Shown here: in pieces, positions 38,905 to 49,198 of the stretch
Numbering within the stretch: position 1 is the first letter of the stretch
How the letters are laid out: each line of letters opens with the position of its first letter
IMG/VR virus record: IMGVR_UViG_3300033153_008203
Coordinates: 1 to 64,000 of that record
Direction: 5' to 3' (one strand)
From: a virus
Length of the DNA stretch: 64,000 nucleotides
Made by a program: the position numbers and the translations under genes
The notes under the pieces: model-generated
The model's input: the letters and a program-made list of their open reading frames with translations, nothing else
Database searches by the model: none
Told to the model about the DNA's origin: nothing

Positions 38905-39660
38905 ATGATTGGCGAGATAAGACTTGGATTTCATGTAGATGGGATAGGATGGTACAGAGACTGCAGTGAACTAATATATAAGATAGATTCAAACTCTAAC
39001 CTTAAGTGCTTTAAGGAAGGAGAGATAATTGAAATGGATGAGTCACTATTTAAAATAGAATCTATTGAGCTTGCCTTTATACCGTATCCAGGCAGGAAAA
39101 ACTTTGAGAGACAGAAGCCTATAAAGCTTGTCTATGTATCTAAGGCTAGTGTTCTTACAGGAGATACTAAGATAAGAAATGCTGTTAAGCTAGAAGACAT
39201 AGAGCCTGCAAAAGAATTAAATATCAAAGAAGAAAATATTAAGGTGGATAAAGGGTACGATAAGAAAGAGTTTAACGAAGAGTTCAGTCACGTTGTTAAA
39301 CCAGAGAAGCCAAAGAAGAAATCAAAGAGGAGGACCAAGAAAGATGAAGCACCAACAAGGAAAACATCAACAAAGAAAGCTAAGACTGAAAAGAAAGCCG
39401 CGTCCGAACCTGAAGTTTCAAAAAAGTTTCAGAAAACTAAAGTGGAAAGAAAGAAGCGAACTACTGGAAGAGCTAAGAGTGTCAAGATAGTTCCAGCTGA
39501 GCCTATTAAAAAAGCTACTAAGGCCATGGCAAAGGTCAATGCAAAAAGTAAGGCTGAGGACAGCCCTAGTGTCTCTAAGAAGCACTCTAGGAGGAAGAGA
39601 TGTCCAGGTTGTAAGGGATTATTTAAGAGTTTAGGGAGGCATAAATGCAAGACGAAGTAA
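38905..39660 (+). CDS. hypothetical protein with Lys-rich tail and C-terminal Zn knuckle
   Basis: ggagg RBS; CPGC..HKC. Confidence 0.65.
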   Translation: MIGEIRLGFHVDGIGWYRDCSELIYKIDSNSNLKCFKEGEIIEMDESLFKIESIELAFIPYPGRKNFERQKPIKLVYVSKASVLTGDTKIRNAVKLEDIEPAKELNIKEENIKVDKGYDKKEFNEEFSHVVKPEKPKKKSKRRTKKDEAPTRKTSTKKAKTEKKAASEPEVSKKFQKTKVERKKRTTGRAKSVKIVPAEPIKKATKAMAKVNAKSKAEDSPSVSKKHSRRKRCPGCKGLFKSLGRHKCKTK

Positions 39661-39887
39661 GGAAAGCTACAAAATACAAAGTAGTATTAGAGAGAGAAGA
39701 TGGAGAACCACTTGACAAGCTTACGACTTGTATTGAATTGACGTTTTGTTCAGATGAGTACCTCACTAAAGAGTACTTGCAGAACATGAGAGAAGGACTT
39801 AGAACTATTATAGATAGCGAATCATATCGTTATACTTCAAAAAAGGAACAGGAACTCTATGAAAAACTACACAAGAAAACAGATTAG
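39645..39887 (+). CDS. hypothetical protein
   Basis: ggagg RBS. Confidence 0.6.
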   Translation: MQDEVRKATKYKVVLEREDGEPLDKLTTCIELTFCSDEYLTKEYLQNMREGLRTIIDSESYRYTSKKEQELYEKLHKKTD

Positions 39888-40617
39888 CACAGACGATATA
39901 GATGCTTACTCTATGTGTCCTAAGTTCTATGAGCTTAGCCAAGATAAAGTCGAGACCGTAGATGAAGACGATGACACTATCTTTAATACTTACATCAAAG
40001 AAACAATACTACAAATGCATATCATGGAGTTAAGCACAGGACACAAGACAGAATTTCATTCTGTAAAGATTTTTTTTGACAAGGTGTTTTGGAAGTCTTT
40101 TACTGATGATATCTTGGTAACTAAAGCGTTAGAGTATTCAGAACGTGGACTAGATATTCTTCATAAGTATCACAGTACTGTGTACTCTATGTCAAGAAAT
40201 AAGATAGTTGCGGTTAAAGCACCATATGATTACACACTCAACTCAGAGAAGATAGCTGTACCAGCAGAACTAGAAGTTATATCTGTTGACAAGGAGAATG
40301 ATGTGGTGTATCTTATGGTTTTTACGGATAAAGAAAGTGTTGCCGCGATTAGAGAAGATGCGATTACATCGGCATGCAACATGGTAAAAATGTCTGCAAT
40401 CTTTAAAGAAACACCTAGCAATCATACTGTAAAAGCCACATTCTATAATGCTGAAAAAAATATAGGGTGTACTTTTGATGTTACAAATGATATGGTTAAC
40501 GAAATAGATAGACAAGTAAAGTATCTTGCTCAAGGTATACATAATAAGGTCTACTATAAGTCTAAGACTGACATGTGTAATGAATGCAAATATATAAAAG
40601 AATGTGATAAGGAGTAA
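39859..40617 (+). CDS. AddB/Cas4-like PD-(D/E)XK-fold protein, catalytic motifs degenerate
   Basis: YSMCPK...CNECKYIKEC staple cysteines; no D-x-K motif. Confidence 0.6.
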   Translation: MKNYTRKQISTDDIDAYSMCPKFYELSQDKVETVDEDDDTIFNTYIKETILQMHIMELSTGHKTEFHSVKIFFDKVFWKSFTDDILVTKALEYSERGLDILHKYHSTVYSMSRNKIVAVKAPYDYTLNSEKIAVPAELEVISVDKENDVVYLMVFTDKESVAAIREDAITSACNMVKMSAIFKETPSNHTVKATFYNAEKNIGCTFDVTNDMVNEIDRQVKYLAQGIHNKVYYKSKTDMCNECKYIKECDKE

Positions 40618-40620
40618 ATA

Positions 40621-41181
40621 ATGGTTTTATCTGATAGACAAATAACACAAAGATGTAGAGAAGAAAGCATGATTTATCCATTTGAAGTTGGACAAGTCAA
40701 AAGGAATGGCAGCAAAGATATTATTAGTTATGGTACATCTAGCTTTGGATATGATGCACGTATAGCCAATGAGTTTAAGATTTTTACTAATGTAAATCAT
40801 TCTGTTGTAGACCCAAAGAACTTTGATGAAGGCTCATATGTAGACGTTATTGGAGAGGAAGTAATAATCCCGCCAAATTCTTTTCTTCTTGGAAGGACTA
40901 TAGAGTATTTTAAGATCCCTAGAGACATTCTTACCATATGTCTTGGGAAAAGCACGTATGCTAGGTGTGGTCTTATAGTAAATGTAACTCCACTTGAGCC
41001 TGAGTGGGAAGGCCATGTTACAATAGAGATATCAAACACAACTCCGTTGCCTGCCAAGATATATGCAAATGAAGGGATCTGTCAGTTCCTATTCTTGAAG
41101 GGAGAACTCTGTACTACATCGTATGCAGATAGAAGAGGAAAATATCAAGGCCAAACAGGCGTAACTTTACCTAAAACATAA
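40621..41181 (+). CDS. dcd: dCTP deaminase
   Basis: [36 protein letters not shown]. Confidence 0.95.
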   Translation: MVLSDRQITQRCREESMIYPFEVGQVKRNGSKDIISYGTSSFGYDARIANEFKIFTNVNHSVVDPKNFDEGSYVDVIGEEVIIPPNSFLLGRTIEYFKIPRDILTICLGKSTYARCGLIVNVTPLEPEWEGHVTIEISNTTPLPAKIYANEGICQFLFLKGELCTTSYADRRGKYQGQTGVTLPKT

Positions 41182-41194
41182 GGAGATAAAAGAT

Positions 41195-41767
41195 ATGACA
41201 TGTATAGTAGGATACGTTGATGGAAATGATATTTATATGGGTGGAGATAGGGCAGGAGTTGGTGGTTATAGTTTAAGGGTTAGAGATGACACTAAAGTGT
41301 TTAGAACTGATGACTTTGTCTTTGGTTACACAAGCTCTTTTAGGATGGGACAGCTTATAAGGTTTAAGTTTAAGCCACCTAAGCATCATCCTGATATTGA
41401 GAACTTTGAATATATGTGCACCTCTTTTATAGACACACTTAGGGATTGTCTTAAAGATGGAGGCTATGCTAAAAACTCTAATAACGTAGAGACAGGCGGC
41501 ACATTTTTGGTAGGTTATAAGGGAACCATCTATCAGATATGCAATGACTTTCAGGTCTCAATCCAGTCTACTAATTTTGATGCTTGTGGTTGTGGTGAAG
41601 AGTATGCGATGGGGGCTATGAATATTTTATATAAGGATAAGAAAATGTCCCCGCAAGAAAAAGTAGAAACAGCATTGAAGTCAGCAGAAAGTTTTTCAGC
41701 AGGAGTAAGAGGCCCGTTTGATGTCATAAAGCTTGAAGGAGAAAAGGATGCTAAAAATAAAAAATAA
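41195..41767 (+). CDS. HslV/proteasome-beta-like Ntn protease
   Basis: MTCIVG (Thr nucleophile), GGD, KVF, GCGEEYAMGA. Confidence 0.8.
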   Translation: MTCIVGYVDGNDIYMGGDRAGVGGYSLRVRDDTKVFRTDDFVFGYTSSFRMGQLIRFKFKPPKHHPDIENFEYMCTSFIDTLRDCLKDGGYAKNSNNVETGGTFLVGYKGTIYQICNDFQVSIQSTNFDACGCGEEYAMGAMNILYKDKKMSPQEKVETALKSAESFSAGVRGPFDVIKLEGEKDAKNKK

Positions 41768-41856
41768 AAAAGGAGAGACAATAGCTACACTAGAAGACGA
41801 AGATGAAGCACCACAGTTCATCAAAGATAAGAAAGACAAAGATGAGGACACAGACG

Positions 41857-42066
41857 ATGAGAGAAAAGACGAAGACGAAGAGGTATAAAGTTTCACTTTC
41901 AATAGAAACGATCAAAGTGTTAAAAGAAGTTATGGAAGATCATCTTAAAGAAGAACCTAAAAGCAAATGGACTAAAGATTATCATAGAACTATCTCAAAC
42001 CTTAATACAGTAATCAATAAACATAATAAGGAGACAAAAGAAAATGGACATGAATCAAAGAATTAA
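41857..42066 (+). CDS. hypothetical protein
   Basis: ORF in operon; start uncertain. Confidence 0.5.
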   Translation: MREKTKTKRYKVSLSIETIKVLKEVMEDHLKEEPKSKWTKDYHRTISNLNTVINKHNKETKENGHESKN

Positions 42067-42337
42067 AGACAACTCAAAAAATATGAAATGTGTATGCGGT
42101 AACGCCTGGCTACAGGAGATTAGTGTTGCACAGTTCAATGGAGACATGGTAGTTGCACTTGGACAGAAGCTACAGAGATTATCTGAGACATTTATAGCAT
42201 ATTACTGCCCAAGGTGTGGAGACTTCACAATGCCTAAGGTTCATCTGACTACTCAAGATGGTATTAGAAAAGAGTATGACGAAATGTATGATGAGCTTGC
42301 AGCGCCTATGCCGGTGCCGGAAGAAACAGAGAAGTAA
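42044..42337 (+). CDS. zinc-ribbon protein
   Basis: CVCG...CPRCG. Confidence 0.65.
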   Translation: MDMNQRIKDNSKNMKCVCGNAWLQEISVAQFNGDMVVALGQKLQRLSETFIAYYCPRCGDFTMPKVHLTTQDGIRKEYDEMYDELAAPMPVPEETEK

Positions 42338-42371
42338 GGTGGCACTTGTTAGACTAGAGGAGGAGTATAGT

Positions 42372-42641
42372 ATGGAAAGCGTATTTGAAAAATGGAAAGA
42401 AACGATAAAAACTATAAGTCCTACTCCTTCTACTTGGACTACAATTGGTACGTCTGCGACTGGAGAAGTTTATATCGAGCCTTATGTTTCTTCTGAGTTT
42501 ATTTCCATGTCAATGGTAGTTGACGAAAAATGGATTGGAACTATTGTTAAAGATGAGCCAGAGCCAATTAAACCAGCTAAGCCTATTAAAAGGTACAGTA
42601 AAAGAGAATTTAAAAAGAAGCTGAAGGAACTCTGTGGCTAA
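42372..42641 (+). CDS. hypothetical protein
   Basis: ggaggag RBS before ATG 42372. Confidence 0.55.
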   Translation: MESVFEKWKETIKTISPTPSTWTTIGTSATGEVYIEPYVSSEFISMSMVVDEKWIGTIVKDEPEPIKPAKPIKRYSKREFKKKLKELCG

Positions 42642-43167
42642 AGCATCTAGATTTAGGTATAGTTATAGAAGCAATGCTAGCAAGTTACACAAGGCAGTTG
42701 GGGAGGTCCTTAGGACCGACCCGCTGCTGAAGTGTTACAAGGCCTACCAAGAATATCCTGTCAATAGGATTAACCCAGATTATCCAAATGGCTCACATAA
42801 GTTCGATTGGTGTATCCCTGACTTAAAATGCGTGATTGAAGCACATGGACAACAACATTATGCGCAAAATTCTTTCTTCCATAAAACAGAGGCTGACTTT
42901 ATCGAACAACAAAGAAGAGACAGAGAGAAGAAAGCTGCTGCTGAAGAAGCAGGTTGGACTTATGTCGAGGTTAGATATGATGAAGAATTGGATCCAAGCA
43001 TATTAGTTGACCTTGCTATTAAAAATAGTGCGCCAATTAAAAAGAAAGAGAAGAGTCCTGGGATGTCTGATGACCAAAAGGCTTGGGCCAGGCTCAAACG
43101 CAAGGAAGCAAGCAAGAGTAAAAAAGAGTATATTAAAAAGCTCAAACATAGTAAGTCCTCTGATTAG
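42634..43167 (+). CDS. DUF559/Vsr-like endonuclease
   Basis: QEYP..FDW..VIEAHGQQHY..QQRRDREK..GWTYVEV. Confidence 0.8.
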   Translation: MAKASRFRYSYRSNASKLHKAVGEVLRTDPLLKCYKAYQEYPVNRINPDYPNGSHKFDWCIPDLKCVIEAHGQQHYAQNSFFHKTEADFIEQQRRDREKKAAAEEAGWTYVEVRYDEELDPSILVDLAIKNSAPIKKKEKSPGMSDDQKAWARLKRKEASKSKKEYIKKLKHSKSSD

Positions 43168-43553
43168 GTTAGTTTAAATTCGGCTGAATAAATGATTAGC
43201 TCTGTGTATGACTCTGGTACTTTTTGTCCACCTATGCTACACCTGTGCTGAGATATATATTTATAGCTATCATCAGGTATGACTTCTATCTCAACTAGAC
43301 TATCACATATTAGTTTGTTAGCACATATGTAGTTGTCTGGATCTCTTCTACGGTTGTCTTTAAAATGAGAGATAGTTTCTACTATTAATGGATAATCTGA
43401 CTCTTTTATAATAGGGACGCTTTGCTTATTGATTTGAAAATATCCCCGCCAAACCTTCTTATGCTTGTCTCGTTTTGACCAGTGGTTCTGGCTATACCAT
43501 TCGTTCAAAGAGCAGCTTACCATCGGGATCTTTAGTCTAAATAATTCTTTCAT
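43164..43553 (-). CDS. RusA-like Holliday junction resolvase
   Basis: SLN..RRDPDNY..KLICDSL..IPDD. Confidence 0.8.
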   Translation of the reverse strand: MKELFRLKIPMVSCSLNEWYSQNHWSKRDKHKKVWRGYFQINKQSVPIIKESDYPLIVETISHFKDNRRRDPDNYICANKLICDSLVEIEVIPDDSYKYISQHRCSIGGQKVPESYTELIIYSAEFKLT

Positions 43554-44287
43554 CGTATAACTCCTGGCGCGAACCTGTTTCCCTTGTTAAGGTTTTCTTT
43601 AACCGTGATAATTTGTAAGTTGTTTTCCACGTGTAATCCACTCGCCAACGAAGCTCTTAATGGGATTATGTGGTCTACCACAAATGTTTCCGTACACCCT
43701 GATGTTTTGGCTGCAAGATTAATCTCTTCGCAATCCTTGTAGATCTCTCTAATTGCGTCTAGATTAGCCCAGGATACTGTACGCTGAAGCTTAGCAGCAC
43801 GTCTTTTTGCAGTCTGATACTTAACCTTGCCTAAATTGTTCTTCACCCATTGTCTTCTGTTTTTTCTACACTTATCAAGATTGTCAACTCTCCATTGTTT
43901 AGCTCTATCAGACTCTTGCTCTAAATTGTCAAGCCTATATTGTCTTTGGTAAGCTCTAAGTGACTCTCTATTATTGCTTCTGTAAATAGCTCTAAGTTCT
44001 AGTGTCGCTTCTTTATTGTTGTGTCTATCCTCTCTTGATACAGTATTGAGCCTGTCTTTGTTTTTGTCTCTAAAGCCTTTTCTTTGTAAGCTAATCGCAT
44101 CACTATTGTTTTGCCTATATTCTTTACTATTAGCGGCTAGTCTTTCTTTATTCTTAGCGTAATAGTTACTCATACACTTTTTGCAATATGTTTGTCTATT
44201 GTCTTTAGTGTTTTTGTTTTTTCCGAACATGTCTAGTAGCTTAAATTCTCCACATGGCCCAGTACATTTCTTAGTTGATGTTTTCAT
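43550..44287 (-). mobile_element. HNH homing endonuclease (intact)
   Basis: KKCTGPC..CKKC, RRAAKLQ, VDHIIPL..GLHVENNLQII..EN..KGN. Confidence 0.88.
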
Positions 44288-44289
44288 AT

Positions 44290-44302
44290 TATAGTATTAA
44301 AC
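44290..44302 (-). promoter_or_regulatory. GTTTAATACTATA motif immediately upstream of the HNH ATG
   Basis: Recurrent motif; no room for an RBS. Confidence 0.6.
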
Positions 44303-44313
44303 AAGTACTAAAC

Positions 44314-45099
44314 TTATCTTCCTTCTAATATCTTTATTTTTCTAAATATCTTTTCCATGTGTACTGTTATTGTGTCTTTGCTGCGCCCTAGGCGTTTAGC
44401 TATTACAGTAATCCCTTCTCCTTTTGTGAAGTAAAGATATATTAGGAATCTTTGATATGGGGTAAGCTTTTTAAAAATCCACTTATCGCAGTGAATCACC
44501 CAGCAAAGCGATATGTCATCTGGATGAATCTTCTTGTCATCTAACAAGTCGCTTATGCTTTTGCTTTGCTGCTCAAAAAATAATGTGTTTTGTGACACTA
44601 GTTCTATAGCTACATCAGATTCTATAGCTTCTCCTTCATATTCAAGCTCTTCAATATGAAACAAAGGATCACGACTCAATCTACACAAATAGTTTCTCAG
44701 TTTCCAGCGAAAATATCTTGTAGCATAACGCATAAAGTTTATGCCTTCTCTCTTCTCATACTTGTCTAGCAACACTATGAAGATAACTACGTATTCATTA
44801 AAAAGATCTGAGTGATCATAAGCGAACAGAGTTGCAGCGATGTTTGCCTTGACTTCACTAAAGCTCTTCTTTGAACCGTCCTTAGTACTGACAAACAGTC
44901 TTAAGAACTCCTGAGCATCACGGTTGTCGTAAGCATTCTCTTTGCTTCCCTTAGTTAGCTTAACATACTTAAGAAGATAAGGAGTAAAAATATCTATGAG
45001 AAGAGAAAGAGCGGCAGGTTTTTTAGGCCCACCACTCTGATATGTTGCTACAATATCGTCTATCTCTTCTAGAGTATAGTCTGTCTTTTTAGATGCCAT
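44314..45099 (-). CDS. phage sigma70-family sigma factor
   Basis: Region 2-like DLFNEY..LDKYE..NFMRYATRY; region 4 LTPYQR..IAKRLGRSKDTI. Confidence 0.8.
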   Translation of the reverse strand: MASKKTDYTLEEIDDIVATYQSGGPKKPAALSLLIDIFTPYLLKYVKLTKGSKENAYDNRDAQEFLRLFVSTKDGSKKSFSEVKANIAATLFAYDHSDLFNEYVVIFIVLLDKYEKREGINFMRYATRYFRWKLRNYLCRLSRDPLFHIEELEYEGEAIESDVAIELVSQNTLFFEQQSKSISDLLDDKKIHPDDISLCWVIHCDKWIFKKLTPYQRFLIYLYFTKGEGITVIAKRLGRSKDTITVHMEKIFRKIKILEGR

Positions 45100-45964
45100 C
45101 GTCTTTATCACAGTGTTCCCTGTACGAACAATACGCACAAGCCCAGTCTCCTATAGGATATTTCTCTGGGTTACGCTTGTAGTTCTCGTACTTGGTCTTG
45201 GCTACCTCACCACGTGCCTGTTGTATTTCAACTTGCTCTGGCGTATAGGTCTTAACAAAATCAGATGGAGGAAGCTGCTTCTTGTCTATATAGTCTTGAG
45301 CTAACCTATACCTGTCATGTATGTCTTCTACCGCGAATGCTTTAAAAAGTGTTCCGTCGATTCTTGGATAGTGTCTACCATCATCTTCAACAAGCTCAAT
45401 TATGAATTGCTTACGTTCTTTATTCTCAAGATTGAAGTAGAGCAACACTCCTTTTTTAACTTGATCCCTAAACTCATACAAATAGAGCATCAACTGTAGT
45501 AAGTGTGCCGGCTTAGCCTTTCCTTTAGTAGACTTGTTTCCAGCTACCTCTTTCCAGCTGTAGTAGCCCGCAGTGGTCTTGAGCTCTACTATAACAAGTT
45601 CTTTTGTAGCTGGGTCTTCTACGAGAACGTCTATTTCCCCTGAAAGCTTAATGTCGGTGTTAAAAAACTTTTGGCTATTTGCTCTCCAAATTCCTGCTTG
45701 TTTACACTGCTCAATGTACCAGTCTTCAAATATATTGCCGCAGGCAAACGTATAAAAAGTCCTAGTATTAAAAGGCTCTGGTGTAGCACCAGTACAGCGA
45801 TAATACATAGCTCTGATGCAGGCTCCTTTTATCATGTCTTCGTCATAACCAGTGTGGTGATACATAACGGAGGCCTGCGAGGGATACATGTTTGATCTAT
45901 TTCTATAGCTTTTAAGAATAGATTCTTTGCCAACATGATTGTCTATTAGTTTCATTAAATCCAT
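45089..45964 (-). CDS. Cas4-like PD-(D/E)XK exonuclease
   Basis: CIR, SGEIDVL, IVELKT, QLMLY, CAYCSYREHC. Confidence 0.85.
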   Translation of the reverse strand: MDLMKLIDNHVGKESILKSYRNRSNMYPSQASVMYHHTGYDEDMIKGACIRAMYYRCTGATPEPFNTRTFYTFACGNIFEDWYIEQCKQAGIWRANSQKFFNTDIKLSGEIDVLVEDPATKELVIVELKTTAGYYSWKEVAGNKSTKGKAKPAHLLQLMLYLYEFRDQVKKGVLLYFNLENKERKQFIIELVEDDGRHYPRIDGTLFKAFAVEDIHDRYRLAQDYIDKKQLPPSDFVKTYTPEQVEIQQARGEVAKTKYENYKRNPEKYPIGDWACAYCSYREHCDKDDGI

Positions 45965-45975
45965 ATGTATCCTCC

Positions 45976-46170
45976 TTATAGTGCGTCTTGAATTATTTGG
46001 ACTGTAGCTTCAAGCTGTGTCACCCTTGCTTCAAGAGTCTCTATCTCTTGTTGCTTCAATAGGCTTAGCTGCTTAAGCTGCTTCTTGCTTGCCAAATTAA
46101 CTATGATTGTTTGAAGTTGAGAAACGGCTTCTTCTAGAGCGTCTAGTCTCTGATCGTCTGTTAGTGACAT
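45976..46170 (-). CDS. coiled-coil protein
   Basis: Heptad pattern. Confidence 0.6.
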   Translation of the reverse strand: MSLTDDQRLDALEEAVSQLQTIIVNLASKKQLKQLSLLKQQEIETLEARVTQLEATVQIIQDAL

Positions 46171-46385
46171 TAGATGCTTTCTCCTTCAGCAGTAGTTTCA
46201 ACTAACGCCTTAAGAGCAGAGATAGCTCCTGCCTTTATAGTAATTCTCTTTTCTATGTCCTTCATTGTCTCATAGCACTGCTTATATTCGTCTCTCAAAG
46301 CGCCTATGTCTTCTGCATACTTCTGTATCTCTGACGAGATTGTATCGCTACTTATTTGTTCTATTTTTTCTTTCTTTTTTGCCAT
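46170..46385 (-). CDS. coiled-coil protein
   Basis: aaggag RBS. Confidence 0.6.
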   Translation of the reverse strand: MAKKKEKIEQISSDTISSEIQKYAEDIGALRDEYKQCYETMKDIEKRITIKAGAISALKALVETTAEGESI

Positions 46386-46427
46386 GTTTATTTCTCCTTT
46401 GTTATTTGTTTTTATATATAAATTATA

Positions 46428-47237
46428 TCATAAGTTTTGTTTTTTGGAAGGCCCTACAACTGGCAACATTTGCTCATATTTCAAATCGTTTAATGGAATA
46501 TTTTCCGGTGCTCCTGGGCCAGGATGTACCTGCTCTATCTTGTTTTTGTTGAGCTGATTTTGAGTTCTAAATTCAGTAAGCATTGTTTGAAAACCATCTC
46601 CTAAAGACCTTACTTCTTCTTTAAGTTTTTCAACGCAATAATCATACAATTCAATATCTACACTATTGGCCTCTTTTACAATACTAATAATGTCACTGTC
46701 AATGTCATCAGCCTTAATCGTATTATGCGAAGGGTTTTCTATTACGTAATAAGGAATGCTCCATGCTAATTTTTTTCTTATTAACAATATTGACTCGTCA
46801 AACATCTCTGTAATCCCTACAACAGAGAAGCTATTATTTAAGTTATGGATTGCTAGATCGATATCGACTGTTCCGCCTGACAACATTTTTGTTTGAAGGT
46901 TACTGCCTTGTTCACGAGTAGTTAGAGACTTAAGCCATTCCATATCTTGCTTGCCTGTTCTTGCTGTATGCCTATATGTTGAGAGCACTCTCTCGATTGG
47001 GTCTCTAAGCATCGTAATATAGGCACATGGACCTTTAATGTATTCGTGCATTCCGAAATACTGATGACCAGAAATAACTTCAACACTATTAAGAGTATCT
47101 ATTCCGTATATATCTACAAAGCCGCTATTATTATGTAATCCTTCTATCTGAAGCTTTCTTTCGAGACCATATTCTCGATCTATGATCATCCTTAATGTTG
47201 TACCAGCAGTCTTTGGTATGTGTAGGTTTATCAGCAT
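46428..47237 (-). CDS. sulfotransferase family 2 protein
   Basis: PAPS-binding HIPKTAGT and LRDPIERVLSTY. Confidence 0.88.
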   Translation of the reverse strand: MLINLHIPKTAGTTLRMIIDREYGLERKLQIEGLHNNSGFVDIYGIDTLNSVEVISGHQYFGMHEYIKGPCAYITMLRDPIERVLSTYRHTARTGKQDMEWLKSLTTREQGSNLQTKMLSGGTVDIDLAIHNLNNSFSVVGITEMFDESILLIRKKLAWSIPYYVIENPSHNTIKADDIDSDIISIVKEANSVDIELYDYCVEKLKEEVRSLGDGFQTMLTEFRTQNQLNKNKIEQVHPGPGAPENIPLNDLKYEQMLPVVGPSKKQNL

Positions 47238-47247
47238 GCCAGTCTTT

Positions 47248-47838
47248 CTACTTCTTCGTAAAGTAGCACTGATATTTCGCGCTAACTGTAATCTCTTCTG
47301 GTTTATCACTTAAGAATTCCTCCAAAGACTTTTTAATACCAGGACAACCTTCCCACTCATAGTCGTCAAACACTATGATTCCACCTTTAACCATCTTTTG
47401 ATAAAAGTATTCCAGAACATCTACATTACATTGGTATAAATCTACATCAGAATGAACAAGGCTAAATTTTTCGCTAACCATTTCATCTACAGTTTCTGGA
47501 AACATCCCTTGATAGAATCTAGCATTACTACACTCATCCAGTGCACTCTTAACGCCATCTAACGATGTATCATTGAAGTCTCCCTCTTTGTGCATATCAA
47601 TTGAAGGATCATCTTTTGCAGGCATCCCTTGAAACGTATCAAACAAATGCACAAGCTTGTCTGGACAAGACAACGATAACAGCTTTGCTGTACCACCCTT
47701 GTATACTCCTATTTCAGCAATGTCACCGTCTAGTTTATTGGCTTTTTGTACTAGCTTAAATAGCGCTTCACACCTGTCCTTAGATACTAGTGTAAGCCCG
47801 CTCATTTTCTCATGTATTTGTTCAAACTTTTTTGACAT
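47248..47838 (-). CDS. TylF/MycF-family O-methyltransferase
   Basis: AEIGVYKGG, FDTFQGMP, HSDVDLY, IVFDDY. Confidence 0.9.
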   Translation of the reverse strand: MSKKFEQIHEKMSGLTLVSKDRCEALFKLVQKANKLDGDIAEIGVYKGGTAKLLSLSCPDKLVHLFDTFQGMPAKDDPSIDMHKEGDFNDTSLDGVKSALDECSNARFYQGMFPETVDEMVSEKFSLVHSDVDLYQCNVDVLEYFYQKMVKGGIIVFDDYEWEGCPGIKKSLEEFLSDKPEEITVSAKYQCYFTKK

Positions 47839-48422
47839 TATATTACTCCTTTAAGTACAAGCTCATCCTTGACTCTATTAAAATCTTGCTCTATGTTATC
47901 TGTTTTCCAGAAAAAGAAAGCTCCTTTACCGTAATCCTTTTGATGCCATTCAGGACAAACCACCTTAGCATATCCAGGAAGATCTTCAGGTAACCATCCA
48001 CTCTTATGTGTATCTGGATCACTATAATCTTGAGACACCATGAGATCACCAAGAGGAGTAAAGAGTATCATCTTACATATAGATAGACTATCCATTCTTC
48101 TTAATAATTTTTGTCCATCTTCCTTGTTGAAATGCTCTATAGCATCCATAGCAAAACACATGTCATACATCCGCTTGCTTACTGCCTCGTGATCTCCCAA
48201 TACATCGGTCACATAGAATTCTCCTACATCTGAAGTAACGCCTCTATCGTCATCTATTATATCTACAAAAACCTTACTAGCAAAATCTAAATGCCTAGTG
48301 AATGGAGCGTGGCAACAACATAGATCTATCATACTAAGACTAGACGTATTGTCTCCAACTATAGCCTTTAGTATGCTACTATATGTGTCTCCTGTTCCTT
48401 GTCCATGTACGATTATTTCCAT
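47838..48422 (-). CDS. class I SAM-dependent methyltransferase-like protein
   Basis: MIDLCC, DAIEHF, LFTP, HKSGW; TAATG start at 48422. Confidence 0.7.
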   Translation of the reverse strand: MEIIVHGQGTGDTYSSILKAIVGDNTSSLSMIDLCCCHAPFTRHLDFASKVFVDIIDDDRGVTSDVGEFYVTDVLGDHEAVSKRMYDMCFAMDAIEHFNKEDGQKLLRRMDSLSICKMILFTPLGDLMVSQDYSDPDTHKSGWLPEDLPGYAKVVCPEWHQKDYGKGAFFFWKTDNIEQDFNRVKDELVLKGVI

Positions 48423-49198
48423 TATTTTCTGAGCCTCTCTACTAAATTGTGAGCCACTTTTGGATGAGGAATAGTAAGCTCTATAGTATCCTCTATGTCC
48501 TTGCATTTCCATGGACTAAACTCTTCGTTATTCTCTTTCATTGCAACAACCCTATGATCAGGGGTGCTATCTGGACCATGAAACCATGACTGCATATCTA
48601 TTACCTTATCAACAAAAATTTTCTTGTCTCTTACCATGCCATAATGAAAGATCTTAATCTTATCTGTATGATCTTTATTGCAACTTGGTAGCTGAATTGA
48701 TTCTGCATCACTATACGTATTATATTGAGTTTTTGCTAATCTCATTACTGCATCACTACATGGCTTAGTATTATTTACTATATCAAATCGTATATACCTA
48801 TCGACATCACCGTAAAAATTATATCTTCTACACATGTATCCTTCTGGTCCCTTATGATTTATGAGTCGCCTAATATGATCGTAACTTTCTTCATGTAACA
48901 CTTCATCAGCCTGTAGCATAAAATGCCAATCAGTTTTTAAATTACTCTTTACCTTATTGGCTAGAATAGAAAGCCTTTCATAATTATTAGCACACTCCCA
49001 GTCAAGACCCTCTATAACAGTTATGTTAGAGTGTTCTCTAGCAAGCTTTCTTAAAATGTCTAACGTACCATCAGTACTCTGTGCATCTCCAACTACAACC
49101 TCATCACATACTGGTACAAGGCTCAGTATTGCCTCTTCTATACAGTAGTCAAGCTCAATTGCATTACGTATAAAAATAGATCCGCCCAAACTATTCAT
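48422..49198 (-). CDS. family 2 glycosyltransferase
   Basis: DEVVVGDAQSTDGT, LQADEV, IFHYG. Confidence 0.88.
   Translation of the reverse strand: MNSLGGSIFIRNAIELDYCIEEAILSLVPVCDEVVVGDAQSTDGTLDILRKLAREHSNITVIEGLDWECANNYERLSILANKVKSNLKTDWHFMLQADEVLHEESYDHIRRLINHKGPEGYMCRRYNFYGDVDRYIRFDIVNNTKPCSDAVMRLAKTQYNTYSDAESIQLPSCNKDHTDKIKIFHYGMVRDKKIFVDKVIDMQSWFHGPDSTPDHRVVAMKENNEEFSPWKCKDIEDTIELTIPHPKVAHNLVERLRK

Noticed and set aside
45089-45964. CRISPR-Cas locus implied by the Cas4-like gene
   Set aside because: No repeat-spacer array or other cas genes in the window; solo Cas4-like nucleases are common in phages.
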